This document shows positions 11,158 to 21,714 of a stretch of 64,000 nt of DNA, piece by piece; position 1 is the stretch's first letter, and each line of letters opens with the position of its first letter. The notes beneath the pieces were generated by a model. The model did no database searches, had not been told where the DNA came from, and saw only the letters and a list, made by a program, of their open reading frames with translations. The stretch is from Selaginella moellendorffii. Its lineage: Eukaryota > Plantae > Lycopodiophyta. A program made the translations under genes and the position numbers. The DNA lies in contig NW_003314262.1 in assembly GCF_000143415.4 (NCBI RefSeq), forward strand, positions 1,105,960 to 1,169,959, in the 5' to 3' direction.

Positions 11158-13383
11158 TGAAGACGGCTATAGAGCTTTGGAATCCAAAGAAAGCTCCAGG
11201 TGCAGCATGGGAAATGCTCAGCTTGGTCTTCAATGCAATAGCAGGTGGGTCACCTGCTTCCGACTCCAAGGGCAAATGCGTTGTTGAGTACAACTGTGGC
11301 GGACTATTCTTTCGAGCCGCACTACTCAAGGGTGTCCCGTGTGTTGCGGTGACAAACTCCATTGAAGAGGTGACTTCAATGGAGGATATAATTACAGTTG
11401 CCAAAGAAAAACAGTATCTTCTCTGCGAACCTGGTGAGTACGCACTTTAAGTTTAAATGTTATCTCACAAGCTCTGTATGCAGGAGCATGGCCACCCCCA
11501 GATGCTGAAACGGCGTTAACAGCTACTGTTGAAGATACCCATGTTGGGCCGAGCTCACAACCTGCACAAGGTAAGGTCACGTGAGGCCTCACGCCATTTT
11601 GATTATAGATCGTTGTGAATATTCAGACACGAGGACTGAAAAGCGCACTGGTGGCGCGTCGAAGAAGGACAAACAGACAAGCAATAGGAAAAAAGGAGGT
11701 ACAAATTATATTTGCAATGGCGTGTGGTCTCATGCCATTCCTTGCAGGAGACACTTCTTCAAAGGCAAAACAGGCAAGCACCAGCCAAGCTCAAACTGAC
11801 AGTGGTCATAAAAAGCGAAAGCACGTTGGACAATCGTCGGGATCAGAGGCGTTTGATTCGAAAAGGAAGAAGGGCAATGAAAAGATGATAGGTAATGCCT
11901 CGCGGTTATGGCGTGTGTGCTCATGCCATTCATTGCAGATCAAGGGCTGAGTGAAAGCAGCCAGTCACCACCTCCTGACTCAGATTCCTATGGCAAACTC
12001 CCCTTCCCCAATCTCAATGGAGAGGTACAATGGATGAGGGATGCTTTTCAAGTCAGGGCCACGTTTTTCTCATCTCGTCATCTTCGAAGGGTGCAAGAAC
12101 GTGCAGAAACCATGTTAAGATAGTCAGGTGAGAATACGGTCCTAGGTCACACACTAAAACAGGCTATGGATGTCTTGTATTTTGAGATGGAGACTCGGCC
12201 AAATGATTTTCCCAAGATGGTCCTGGAAGAACAAGCCATCCAGCCTGAGCAGCCTATGGAAGAAATGCAGGAGGGGGATGAGGAGCCAGAGAAAGATAAT
12301 GAGCAGGAAGAGCAGAAGGACGAAGAGGAGGACGAAGAAGAGGAGGACAAAGAGGACTTGGATGGTCCTCACAATGGTGACGATCACAATAACGACGACA
12401 ACGATGATGACAACGATAGCCAGCCTGAGGTGGCCAAAGAGCAGCGGAGGAAGGTCATACAAAACAAACCATCAGGTAAATAATAGTTCATCCATTCCTA
12501 ACCTTTTACCATTTCTAACATTATCCATGTAGGTCGCAGAGCAAATGGTAAATAGAGATTATTCAGTTGAATTAAGATACAAACTCTAGCCTTTAGTATC
12601 GAGGAAGGATAGTGCCAAGCAAGGGTCGAAACGTATGTCCAATCCTTCAGAATCAGCAGTGCGCCCAAGTGATATCTGTCCTAGTTCCTCAATAGCAGTT
12701 GATGGTAAATATAGTATAGTCGATTTAATGTGCTAATGAGTTTGTTTTTAGTAGCACGGGAGGATACCATCTCAATCGAAGGGAGATATTTGGACATGCA
12801 TATGGATCCGCCAGTGGACTCTACTTGCTTGCAAGAGTCATCAGAGCTGGTGGAGGCTACTATCCATATCAACACCAAGCAAGCTGACCACGCTCCACTT
12901 GATGCTGCCCATACCACAGAGTCAATCTTGTCCACGTATCCAACTGACAGTGACCAGGCGCCATTGGACCCGCATGAGGCTGCCCCAGCCACCGAGCCGG
13001 TCGTATCCTCATTTCCAATGGACTCAATGTGTGCCCAATCGTCTGACTACGCACCGTTGGAACCTCCCTACACCGCCCCTGCTGCCTGTTCGGTCATGTC
13101 CACTTTGCCAACGGAGGCACCAGCTGAAATGGCGTGTGATCACACGCCATCGGAACCATCCCATGCCACAGTTGAGCCAGTTGTACCAGAGTCTACAGCT
13201 GAAATGGCATGTGCCCACATGCCATCGGATGCGATTGACCCCACATTGCAGAGGAGAGTATTTCCGCCCTTCACGTTTCCTCGACCAAAACCCTCTCAAC
13301 GACCATCGGGAGCACCATTCGCTAATATTGTAGATGGTAAAATTGACTTGTACCATTTTTTATGTTGACGCATTTCATTTCAG

Positions 13384-14246
13384 AGTCACGGAGAAGGTAC
13401 TGTATCGTTTTTGATCTAAACGGTGTCATTTTCTCCCATGAGCGTGGCTCGTCCTCGAATGTCACTGCACCCTCCAAAGCTTGCGGTCGCAAGTTGGTCA
13501 AAAGAGACAGATTCACATTAATCACACGGGAGAAACTGTGGGATCTAATAATGACCATGCGACACTTAAAACAGAGGGCCGGGTTCAATTTGCAATTGGG
13601 AGTTTGGACATCCATGATGCGCCACAATGCATTAACGTTGCTACAGATGATGCATGATCAGACGCGAGTAATATTACCATTTGACTTTCTCCTAACGCAG
13701 GAGGATTGCTTGACTATAGTCCATGTGAGGGGTAGCAAGCCCATCTTCGTCAAGCCAGAGGCTGTAGTGATGAACCGGACTGCTAGGTCAAGTGAAATCC
13801 TCATCATCGATGACTCGCAGATTAAAACTGCAGCGAACACACACACATATGCAGTGCACCCCATCTCTTGCAGTATGAAAACTAGGGAGAAGAAACCGTA
13901 TGTTCTGGGGGACCTTGCAAAACGGCTTGGAGTGATGGTGATAGAGAACCGGCCAGTCCAGGAGGTGGCTGCAGAAATCAACCAAATGGCAGATGGAATG
14001 GTATATCAGAAGCCATTTGATCAGACAGACACCAGTCATCATTTATGGCATGTATATTGTCTAGCCAAGCACTATCCGCATCTCCATAATCTGCTCAACC
14101 GGATGGGTTCTTTGACCACTGAACATGAGCGTGGACGTATTAGAGAAGAGATGGCATTACTATTGGGTTTAAATCCTGATAGTGTGGAGAGTGATGAAAT
14201 TCCAAGATTATTGTATAGGCGTTGGAGGCAAAAAATAACAGTCTGA
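13384..14246 (+). CDS. FCP1/NIF-like HAD-superfamily domain exon (DLNG variant)
   Basis: HAD motif I-like VFDLNGV, motif II-like GVWTS and motif IV-like IIDDS...K. Joined in frame to the upstream exon by intron 13336-13383. Confidence 0.7.
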
Positions 14247-14664
14247 GATGGCATGTATTTATTTTAAAATGTAACTTATTATGGCATGGGGTTCTATGCC
14301 ATTGTATTAATATTAAAAGACAATTCTTTGAGAGGATTTGCATTATACTAGAAGTGTTACAGCATGTTATTGGAAGTCTACGAAGTTGTTTTATTAATAA
14401 GGGGAAAGTAAAGATTGAATGGGGACTTGGGCTCCACCTAGACTCGGAGCAACTGAGCCAATATTAAAAGGATGGAAAGAAATTGGACGACGATGATAAG
14501 GAGAAGAGAGAGGTGAAGTAGTGGCAGGGGGAGGAGAAGTGATTGAGTAGACATTTCCTTGTTTAAAATAAAATGGCATGTGCCTCAATGCAGTTGAATT
14601 TTGTTATATTTATATACTATATAAAGGTTTGGAAACCTTATTTTACAAGTGGGATAATGACAAT

Positions 14665-14686
14665 TCCCACTTTAACGAAATAGAGC
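14665..14686 (-). repeat. Right TIR TCCCACTTTAACGAAATAGAGC
   Basis: Exact reverse complement of 1260-1281. Confidence 0.92.
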
Positions 14687-15149
14687 TTTCCTCCTCCTTT
14701 CCCCAGTTTGGGACTTCGAGACAATGTTTCGAAACACCGTGGCCCTACGCGAGCCCCATAAGTACTCTCCCCACCTTCCACCTTTAAGTGCTATAGCCAT
14801 GGGCTTAGAGCGAGGGTCCGTTGAGCCACGCCAAGTATCCAACTAGGTAGTGCCACCCACATTTGGACTGGGAGCATCGGCCATTCAATCTCCTGGAGGA
14901 ACTAGAGCTGGCTCTTCAATACTTCACTAAATTACCCTGCTTGTTGGTCGGTATTCACTCTAGCCTTGGACTTCCCAATAGTTATCCCATTACCCAACAT
15001 CTGGGTATAGCCTTCATGGGCCAAACTCTCAACCTTTCAAGTCAAAGTTTTTAGTCCAAACGTGTTATATTCGTTTGGCTTTCGCTTCGGCCACTACCAC
15101 GTGGCACCCTTTTGGTTCCACTTTGGGGCTTAGGGATTTGTGTCTCACA
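14687..15149 (-). mobile_element. Remainder of the LTR interrupted by the DNA transposon
   Basis: Ends in TGTGTCTCACA, the reverse complement of the LTR start TGTGAGACACA. Aligns to parts of the 17809-19073 LTR. Confidence 0.75.
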
Positions 15150-15842
15150 ACTCCACCACCCATAAATGAAGTTCAATGTCCTTATTGAACAATAAACTAT
15201 TTTATCAAGTAATACCAACAAATATTACCCTTCCTATCATTGGCACCTAGCCAATATTCGTCAAGGGTTGGACACCAAAAGCTCACCCTGCCTTGTTCAT
15301 CCTCTAAGGAGCATAGTCTCTTCAACATAGAGACTCTATTGACCACTTGTGGTGGTTCTTTCCTTTTTATTGGTTTAGCTCTCGCTAAACCTATTAGAGA
15401 CACCTTCTCGATCTCAATCCCACTACTCCTCCTCGAGTAATTTTAACTTCCATCGATATAACCATTCCTCTTTAGAACTTTTAGTCTTGACTTCTTGAAG
15501 TCAATTTACTAGGTGTCTCCGACACCTTTCATTGCACATATTGTGCAAACTCCACTTCCCCATCCTAGGAAGTTCTCTACTTGAGGGCACCATCATCTTC
15601 TTTCCTATTTTGTGCCACCTTTGGCACTAAGTTCCAATTATCCTAATTCATGCTAGGGCTGTCCACAACCCTATCAACCTTACTTTCAAGTTCACACCTG
15701 AACTGTAGTGGAGAGCCATGTCTTCCCAACTTGCTACTCCTCAAGGATAGGCCCACTCCGAGGACTTTCCAATGCTAACACTAGTGGTGATATACTTCAA
15801 CACCAATAAAAGTCAGACTAAGGAACAGCTTTGATACCAAGT
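15150..15842 (-). mobile_element. Short (about 690 bp) non-coding internal region of a non-autonomous TRIM-like LTR element
   Basis: PBS TGGTATCAAAGC on the minus strand at 15828-15839, next to the LTR end. PPT GGGTGGTGGAGT on the minus strand at 15150-15161, next to the other LTR. Confidence 0.75.
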
Positions 15843-16678
15843 CGTAAGCGATTAATTTTTCCATTCTACTTTAGTCACTTAACCATACTTCCAACCACTT
15901 GGAGAAGTCTCATTCACAACCTCCATAAGTCCTATTCCAAACTTGGGCATACTAGCCCCGAGAAGGGCATCCCTACCACTCAACCTTTGCACTTGGCCCA
16001 AGTGCTCCACATGTCCGATCCCATGACTGACACCCAAAGGTACCACTGACATATTGGCCGAATATTGGCAAATTGGAAAGGAAAAATTTGTGGCTTACAC
16101 CTGCTTGTCGGTCCGCATTCACTCTAGCCTTGGACTTCCCAGTGGTTATCTGGGTACAGCTTTCCTGGGCCAAATTGGCCTTTCCTGGCCAAACTGGCTC
16201 TACTAGAGTCCTCCCCCCTTACTATACTTTTGGAGCTCACCAAACCCCCCTAGGGTCCGGAAGACGAACACTTTGGGCTTTCACCCTCTCAGACTCGGAC
16301 TCGGACTTGAACTCGGACTCGGACTCGGGCTTGGGCTTGGGCTCGGTCTCGGCCTCAGCCTCGGTCTCGGTCTCAGTCCCGATCTCGATTTCAGTCTCGA
16401 CTTCAGACTCCATCTCGGGTCCTTCTCAGACTCTGTCTCGGGTCCATCTCAGACTCTTCCATGTGTCATGTGTCGGTCCGTCTCTTTTGTAGAGACTCAC
16501 TTATTGCTCACTTCATGTTTGTTCCTCAAGCACTTCATTAGGAGTTCCACTCCCACTCTCAACCTTTCAAGTTAGAGCTTTTAGTCTAAACATGTTATGC
16601 TCGTTTGGCTTTCTCTTTGGCTACTACCACATGGCACCCTTTTGGCTCCACTTTAGGGCTTAAGGATTTGTGTCTCAT
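15843..16678 (-). mobile_element. LTR (internally deleted copy) with GAGTCC/GAGACC microsatellite
   Basis: Same termini and internal blocks as 17809-19073 and 63057 onward. Confidence 0.75.
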
Positions 16679-16710
16679 AGTGACCTCTCGGAAAGTCCAA
16701 ATTCAGGACC

Positions 16711-19073
16711 TTACACATTGGTATGACAAAAGTGAATGGGCATGACCTTAGCGTAGCAAACTGATATGTCGATAATACTTTTGGGTGTTGGTAATGGGAT
16801 CAGACATATGGAGCACTTGAACCAAGTGCAAAGGTTGAGTGGCATGGATGCCATTTTCGGGGATAGCATATCCCCAAGTCTAGAATAGGACTTATGGAGA
16901 TTATGAGTGAGATTCCCCCAAAAAGTTGGAGGTGTGGTTAAATGACTAAAGTAGATAGAGCCCATAATAAAAAATGCTAAAGAGACTTACTAGGGGTGAA
17001 CACCCCTTGGACTCAGCAAAGCAAAGCCTTTGATATGGAATCGAAAGAATACCTCGAAGGTGGAGGTAGTGATCCTATGTTGCTTGGTGTAACAATCAAA
17101 GGATAGCAACAAAAGATAAATGGCCAAGAATAATCCATAGAAATCATTAGAAGGAATCCAAATGGCAAAGTTAGGAATACTTAGGTGTTGAATGTTAATG
17201 AATTGTGGAAAAAGAAATATATTTTTAAAGATGAATTTTCAAATGTTTTAATTTGGCGAAAGGGAAAACTCTTAGGGAGGGAGTGGCAAGGTAACCAAAT
17301 GATAGGGCTATGGACAACCCTAATACAAATTATAGATAAATGGAACTTAATGCCAAGGGTGGCACGAAATATAAGAGAGGATGATAGTGCCCTTAAGTAA
17401 AGAACTTCTTAGGATAGGGAAGTGGAGTTTATACAATAAATGTAATATAAGATGTCAGAGATATTTAGGAAATTGACTTTGAAAAGTCAAAATTAAAAGT
17501 TCTAAAGTGTGATAATTATATTGATAAAAGTTGAGACTACTCGGGAATGAGTTGTTGGATTGAGATAGAGAAGGTGTCTTTAATAGCAAAGACTAAACAA
17601 ATATAGACATATGATCAAATGAGTTTCTAAATTAAAGAGACTATACTCATTAGAGAATGGGCAAAGCATGGTGAGCCTTTGGTGTTGAACTAATGATAAA
17701 TATTAGTTACATGCCAAGGATGAAAAAGGGTAATCCATAGTGGGGTTACTTTATTAAATGGTTTATCATTTGATGAGGACATCAAACTTTGTTTATGGGT
17801 GGTGGCATTGTGGAACACAAATCTCTAAGCCTCAAAGTGAAGCCAAAAGCGTGCCATGTGGTAGTAGCTGAGGCAGAAGCCAAATGAATATAACACATTT
17901 GGACTAAAAACTCCAACTTGAAAGTCAAGAGTGGGAGTGGAACTCCCAAATGAAGTGATCGAAGGCCGAGAACGAAATGAGCAACAACTGAGTCTCCAGA
18001 AAAAGGGATCCGAAATGGAGTCTGAGATGGAGTTTGAGATAAACCTAAGATAGAGTCCAAGATAGACCCAAAATAGAGTTCGAGATGGACCTGAGATGGT
18101 GTCCAAGATGAAATTTGATATGGAGTCCGAGATGGACCTAAGACGGAAACCGAGATGGAGTCTGAGATGGACCTGAGATAAAGATAGAGACCGAGACCGA
18201 GAATATACCCTTGTATTTGGTAATGATATAAACACTGAGGAGTCCAATGCTAGAGTGAATATAGACAAACAAGCAGGGTAGCTTGGTGAATTGTTCAAGA
18301 GCCGGCTCTACCTTCTCTAGGGGATCGAATGGTCGATGCTTTTAATCCAAGTGTGGGTGGCACTACCTACTTGGATACTTGGTATGGCTCAATAGAATCT
18401 CACTCTAGCCACATAATTAGGGCACCCAAAGGCAAAAGGTGGGGAGAGTACCCATAAGGCTTGCATAAAGTTGTAATGTTTTCAAATATTGTCCTAAAGT
18501 CCTAGATTGAGGAAAGGAAGAGGAGAAATCCTCTTGTGTGGTGACTAAAGATGCAACCATATGGCAAGGAAGTTCTAGAGATCAGTGGGATGTAATGGTT
18601 CGGCCTTCAAACCTTGACTCAGTGGTAGTGTTAGTGAACACATCTGTGGATAGAAAGGGATTTGGTGGGGACCGAAAGAGGATATTAAGGAAGGTTATTC
18701 CCTATGTTTAAGGGCATCCTAAAAATGCTAAGAAGTGGATTTGGGATGATCATTTATGGATAGATGGCCTAGTCTTTGAAAGACAGGACTGTGATGTAAA
18801 TTGTGTTGGATCACCAGTGTAACAAAGGTGAATGGGCATGGCCTTAGTGTAACGCACTGATATGTCAGTAGTATCTTTGGGCATTGGTTATGGGATCAGA
18901 TATGTGGAGCACTTGAACCAAGTGCAAAGGTTAAGTGGCATAGATGTTATTTTTAGGGTTAGCAAGTCCCTAAATCCAAAATAAGATTTATGGAGATTGT
19001 GAGTGAGACTTTTCCAAGTAATCAAAGGTGTGGTTAAGTGACTAAAGTAGAATGAAAAACTTAGTCGCTTACA
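16711..19073 (+). mobile_element. Second, inverted copy of the same LTR family: LTR fragment 16711-16958, internal region, PPT 17797-17808, full LTR 17809-19073
   Basis: 17300-17808 is the reverse complement of 15150-15670. The LTR has TG...CA ends (TGTGGAACACA ... CGCTTACA). Confidence 0.75.
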
Positions 19074-19079
19074 ATTATA

Positions 19080-19850
19080 TGTTTTTATTCCTTCAGTTCT
19101 TAGTTGTACTCTTAAAAGTTACCCTGTGCTCTAGTTTCTTCATTCCTTGGCTATATACTTAGGAGTTTTACTCCATCCCTTCATTCAAATATTCACTCCT
19201 CAGATCAACCTTGGTAAACATTCAAGCTTCACTAAGCTTATTGAATATATCATTCATATGTGGTATCAACATTTTATCCTTCACTATGGTAGTCAATAGA
19301 TATCCACATTGAATTATTCTTATTCTTCAAGAGCAAGATTGACATACCAAATATAAACTTACTTGGCTAAATAAATCCAAACTTAAATAACACTTTGACT
19401 TATTATTGAATTTTATGTTGTTGAAATGGATGTTGATAGATCAATTTTATCCTAACTCCAGTATAAGCTCATGTTTCACACCTTGTAATAGAGGCAACAA
19501 ATAAGGAGGTTCAGATGGAAAGACATTAACAAACTTTTGAGTACATCCCACATTATTGCTTCTCCCCCACATGTGTTTTAGTCCTTGTAACTTGAAAGTG
19601 TCTTTCCATTATGAAAAGCTTACTGCAAATATATAATGGAGAGCATAACAACTTAAATGTTGCATGCTTAGATCACATTTGATAGACCCATCTCTTAGAC
19701 TTTTGTTATCCTCAATGTAAGCATGCTTACATGTAGTATTTGAGCAAGAAGAGTAAAGTTGTTTTTAGATCTTTATTGATAGGTGTTGCAATCCAACCAA
19801 GTGACATTTGTGCATCATGAAACAACACTTCAGAAAATTAGGAAAAGTTG
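19080..19850 (-). mobile_element. Decayed Ty3/Gypsy pol fragment
   Basis: Minus-strand translation gives VLKKFVNVFPSEP..LLPLLQGVKHELILELG, PSKFIFGMSILLLKNKNNSMWISIDY and TKVDLRSEY. These are degenerate forms of the Gypsy RT N-terminal motifs PSxSPWGAPVLFVKKKDGSxRMCIDY and SKIDLRSGY. Confidence 0.6.
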
Positions 19851-21714
19851 ATAAAAAACAATTAAATGACAAGAATTTCTCATATTTGATCCAATATTAT
19901 TGTAAGAAGATGATATAATCTCTTTGATATTTGTTTGAATTTGCATCAATATATGTCCTTATATAAATTTATAGAGTCAAATTATGTTTAACATCTTGAT
20001 TTTTTAATTACATCTTGATAACACCTGAGCATCATCTTAATGTCAACATATTAATCAACATCTTGATACAAATAAGCTTATTATGCTTCTCTTTTTTCAT
20101 AAGAATATTATTTTAAATTTTATGATCATATGGAGTTATTTCTTCAGGATTATTTATATTCAAAGGTCAAAGCATACTATCAAACAGATAGTAACAACAA
20201 AAAATTAGAAGTATATATTATTATTAGTATTATCATATCATATCTAAAACAGGTCATAGATACATACATATAAATCAGCATAATGGAAGGAAGATTTTCA
20301 ATATAGTAATAAGTACCAACTTTCTGCCAAAATGATAGATGTGTGAATTGTAATATAACATGATCTCACAAGTTAACTGGTAGTGTAAACTTTAATAGTA
20401 CATATAAAAGTATAGTTACAGATATAGTTCATATATATAATGTGTCGATTGTATTAGGATGGAAGTTGGGAAAAGTTCTTACTCTTTTCAAAATAAACTT
20501 CTTGTCATCCAGGTTATCTTAAGAGATGCTTAAAAAAGAAATCAATTTTGATTGATTAGCTTGCCAAAAGATAATCACTATAAGTCAATCAAATCAAGTC
20601 AACAAAATGTGTTAGAAAAACACTTTCTTTTGTTTAATTTCCAAATATTTGAAGTAATAATATATTATAAGTAACAAGTGTGAAATATACAAAATATAAA
20701 GATTTATTTGTAAATTTGACATTAATATCCTATCACATCAGTACTTCTCACAGTCTATCCCAGTGAATTGATGTTTTTTATTAAGTGACTCTAATCTTAC
20801 TCAGCTTCTAAATTACCTGTTTTTCTCTGTTATTTTAATTAAATTTTAAAATTTTTTTTTATCATTGTAATAGAGTTAATATTTGTAGTCAAGAATTTTA
20901 TTTATATTAATAAAAGAGTTTATATTTTATGATCAAGTAAATAGTTCTCTTTTTTTTTAATTCTTCAAGGTGGAGTTTTTTAGTTCATGATTCATACATT
21001 AGTTTTCTCCTTTTGCATATTGTCAACAAAAGTAGATAAAAATTTAATAATACTAAAACTACTAATGTTAGCCCTCTTATAAAGATTTCGTTTATCCTTA
21101 CCTTCATGAAAATTTTATATGGCTAAATCTTCGAAATCATACTAATTTAATTAACTATAAATATTTAATATAATAGAAGAGAAAATATTGGGCCAAGCAT
21201 GGAAATTCCACTCCAAAAGCAAGCAATACAAATTTGCCACTGTTACCACATAGTTTAAAAATCAAAGCTCAAAACACACCATCCATTTAACACTGTATAT
21301 CCAGTACAAAGTCTGGTACCCAACATTTGCCGGGCGATACAGACAACTAGTCTATTGACATTCTTTTGGTGCTCAAATGCTTCCTCTGATTTCGCATTCT
21401 TGTTCCTGGCACAAATGAATGAACGACGATGTCAGGAATGTTGAAGAAAAGTATTCTGTCCTAACAAAGGGTAGCAGATTAGAAAATGATGCTACTCACA
21501 AACATGCGAAGAACTTTGAAAACAATTTGGCCAGTTAAGCGACTTTGGATTTGCACACAGCCACCACCTGTAACATTCCGGCAGGAGTGGTAAAAGAATT
21601 TTATATCCCTTTCAAGCCAAGAACATGCAACTAGCTACTAAGCACTCACCGCTCACCCAGTGATCCTCGTCACCTTCTCAACGTCCGGGTATCGTCCTCC
21701 CGCATTTACCACCG

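Larger units (their letters stand above)
8588..14246 (+). pseudogene. Multi-exon transposon cargo gene: ParB/Srx-like domain, degenerate DNA-MTase-like segment, acidic/low-complexity linker, C-terminal FCP1/NIF-like HAD domain
   Basis: ORFs 8809-9444, 9514-10416 and 10429-11160 share one frame, separated by single stops; 11908-12123 and 12166-12483 likewise. Predicted GT-AG introns at 10009-10062, 11571-11608, 11699-11747, 11892-11938 and 13336-13383. Motifs FYAVSGQHS, KGKCVVEYNCGGLFFRAALLKGVPCVAV, IVFDLNGVIF, LGVWTS and LIIDDS. The start codon and whether this is one gene or two are uncertain. Confidence 0.6.
1800..14302. repeat. Dispersed 22-bp palindrome family ATGGCRTGWGGCCWCAYGCCAT (about 24 copies)
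   Basis: Copies start near 1800, 1889, 2489, 2649, 2795, 4137, 4194, 5478, 5547, 5645, 6260, 7189, 8616, 8693, 8753, 10030, 11576, 11717, 11908, 13129, 13204 and 14281, with partials near 1484, 2300 and 14573. None seen outside the TIRs. Confidence 0.9.
1260..14686. mobile_element. 13.4-kb TIR DNA transposon, Sola1/DUF7869-type transposase, with cargo gene
   Basis: Perfect 22-bp terminal inverted repeats enclose a transposase, a cargo gene and an element-restricted palindrome family. Both flanks belong to the same host LTR. Confidence 0.85.

Noticed and set aside
4928-12123. Alternative genetic code or U-to-C editing to explain the in-frame TAG/TAA stops
   Set aside because: Neighbouring host genes end at TAG/TAA normally, the transposase also has a frameshift, and methylation-driven C-to-T decay is sufficient.
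1800-14302. Palindromic repeats read as a CRISPR array
   Set aside because: Spacing is irregular (tens of bp to more than 1 kb), copies are degenerate and lie in introns and CDS, no cas genes are present, and the context is eukaryotic.
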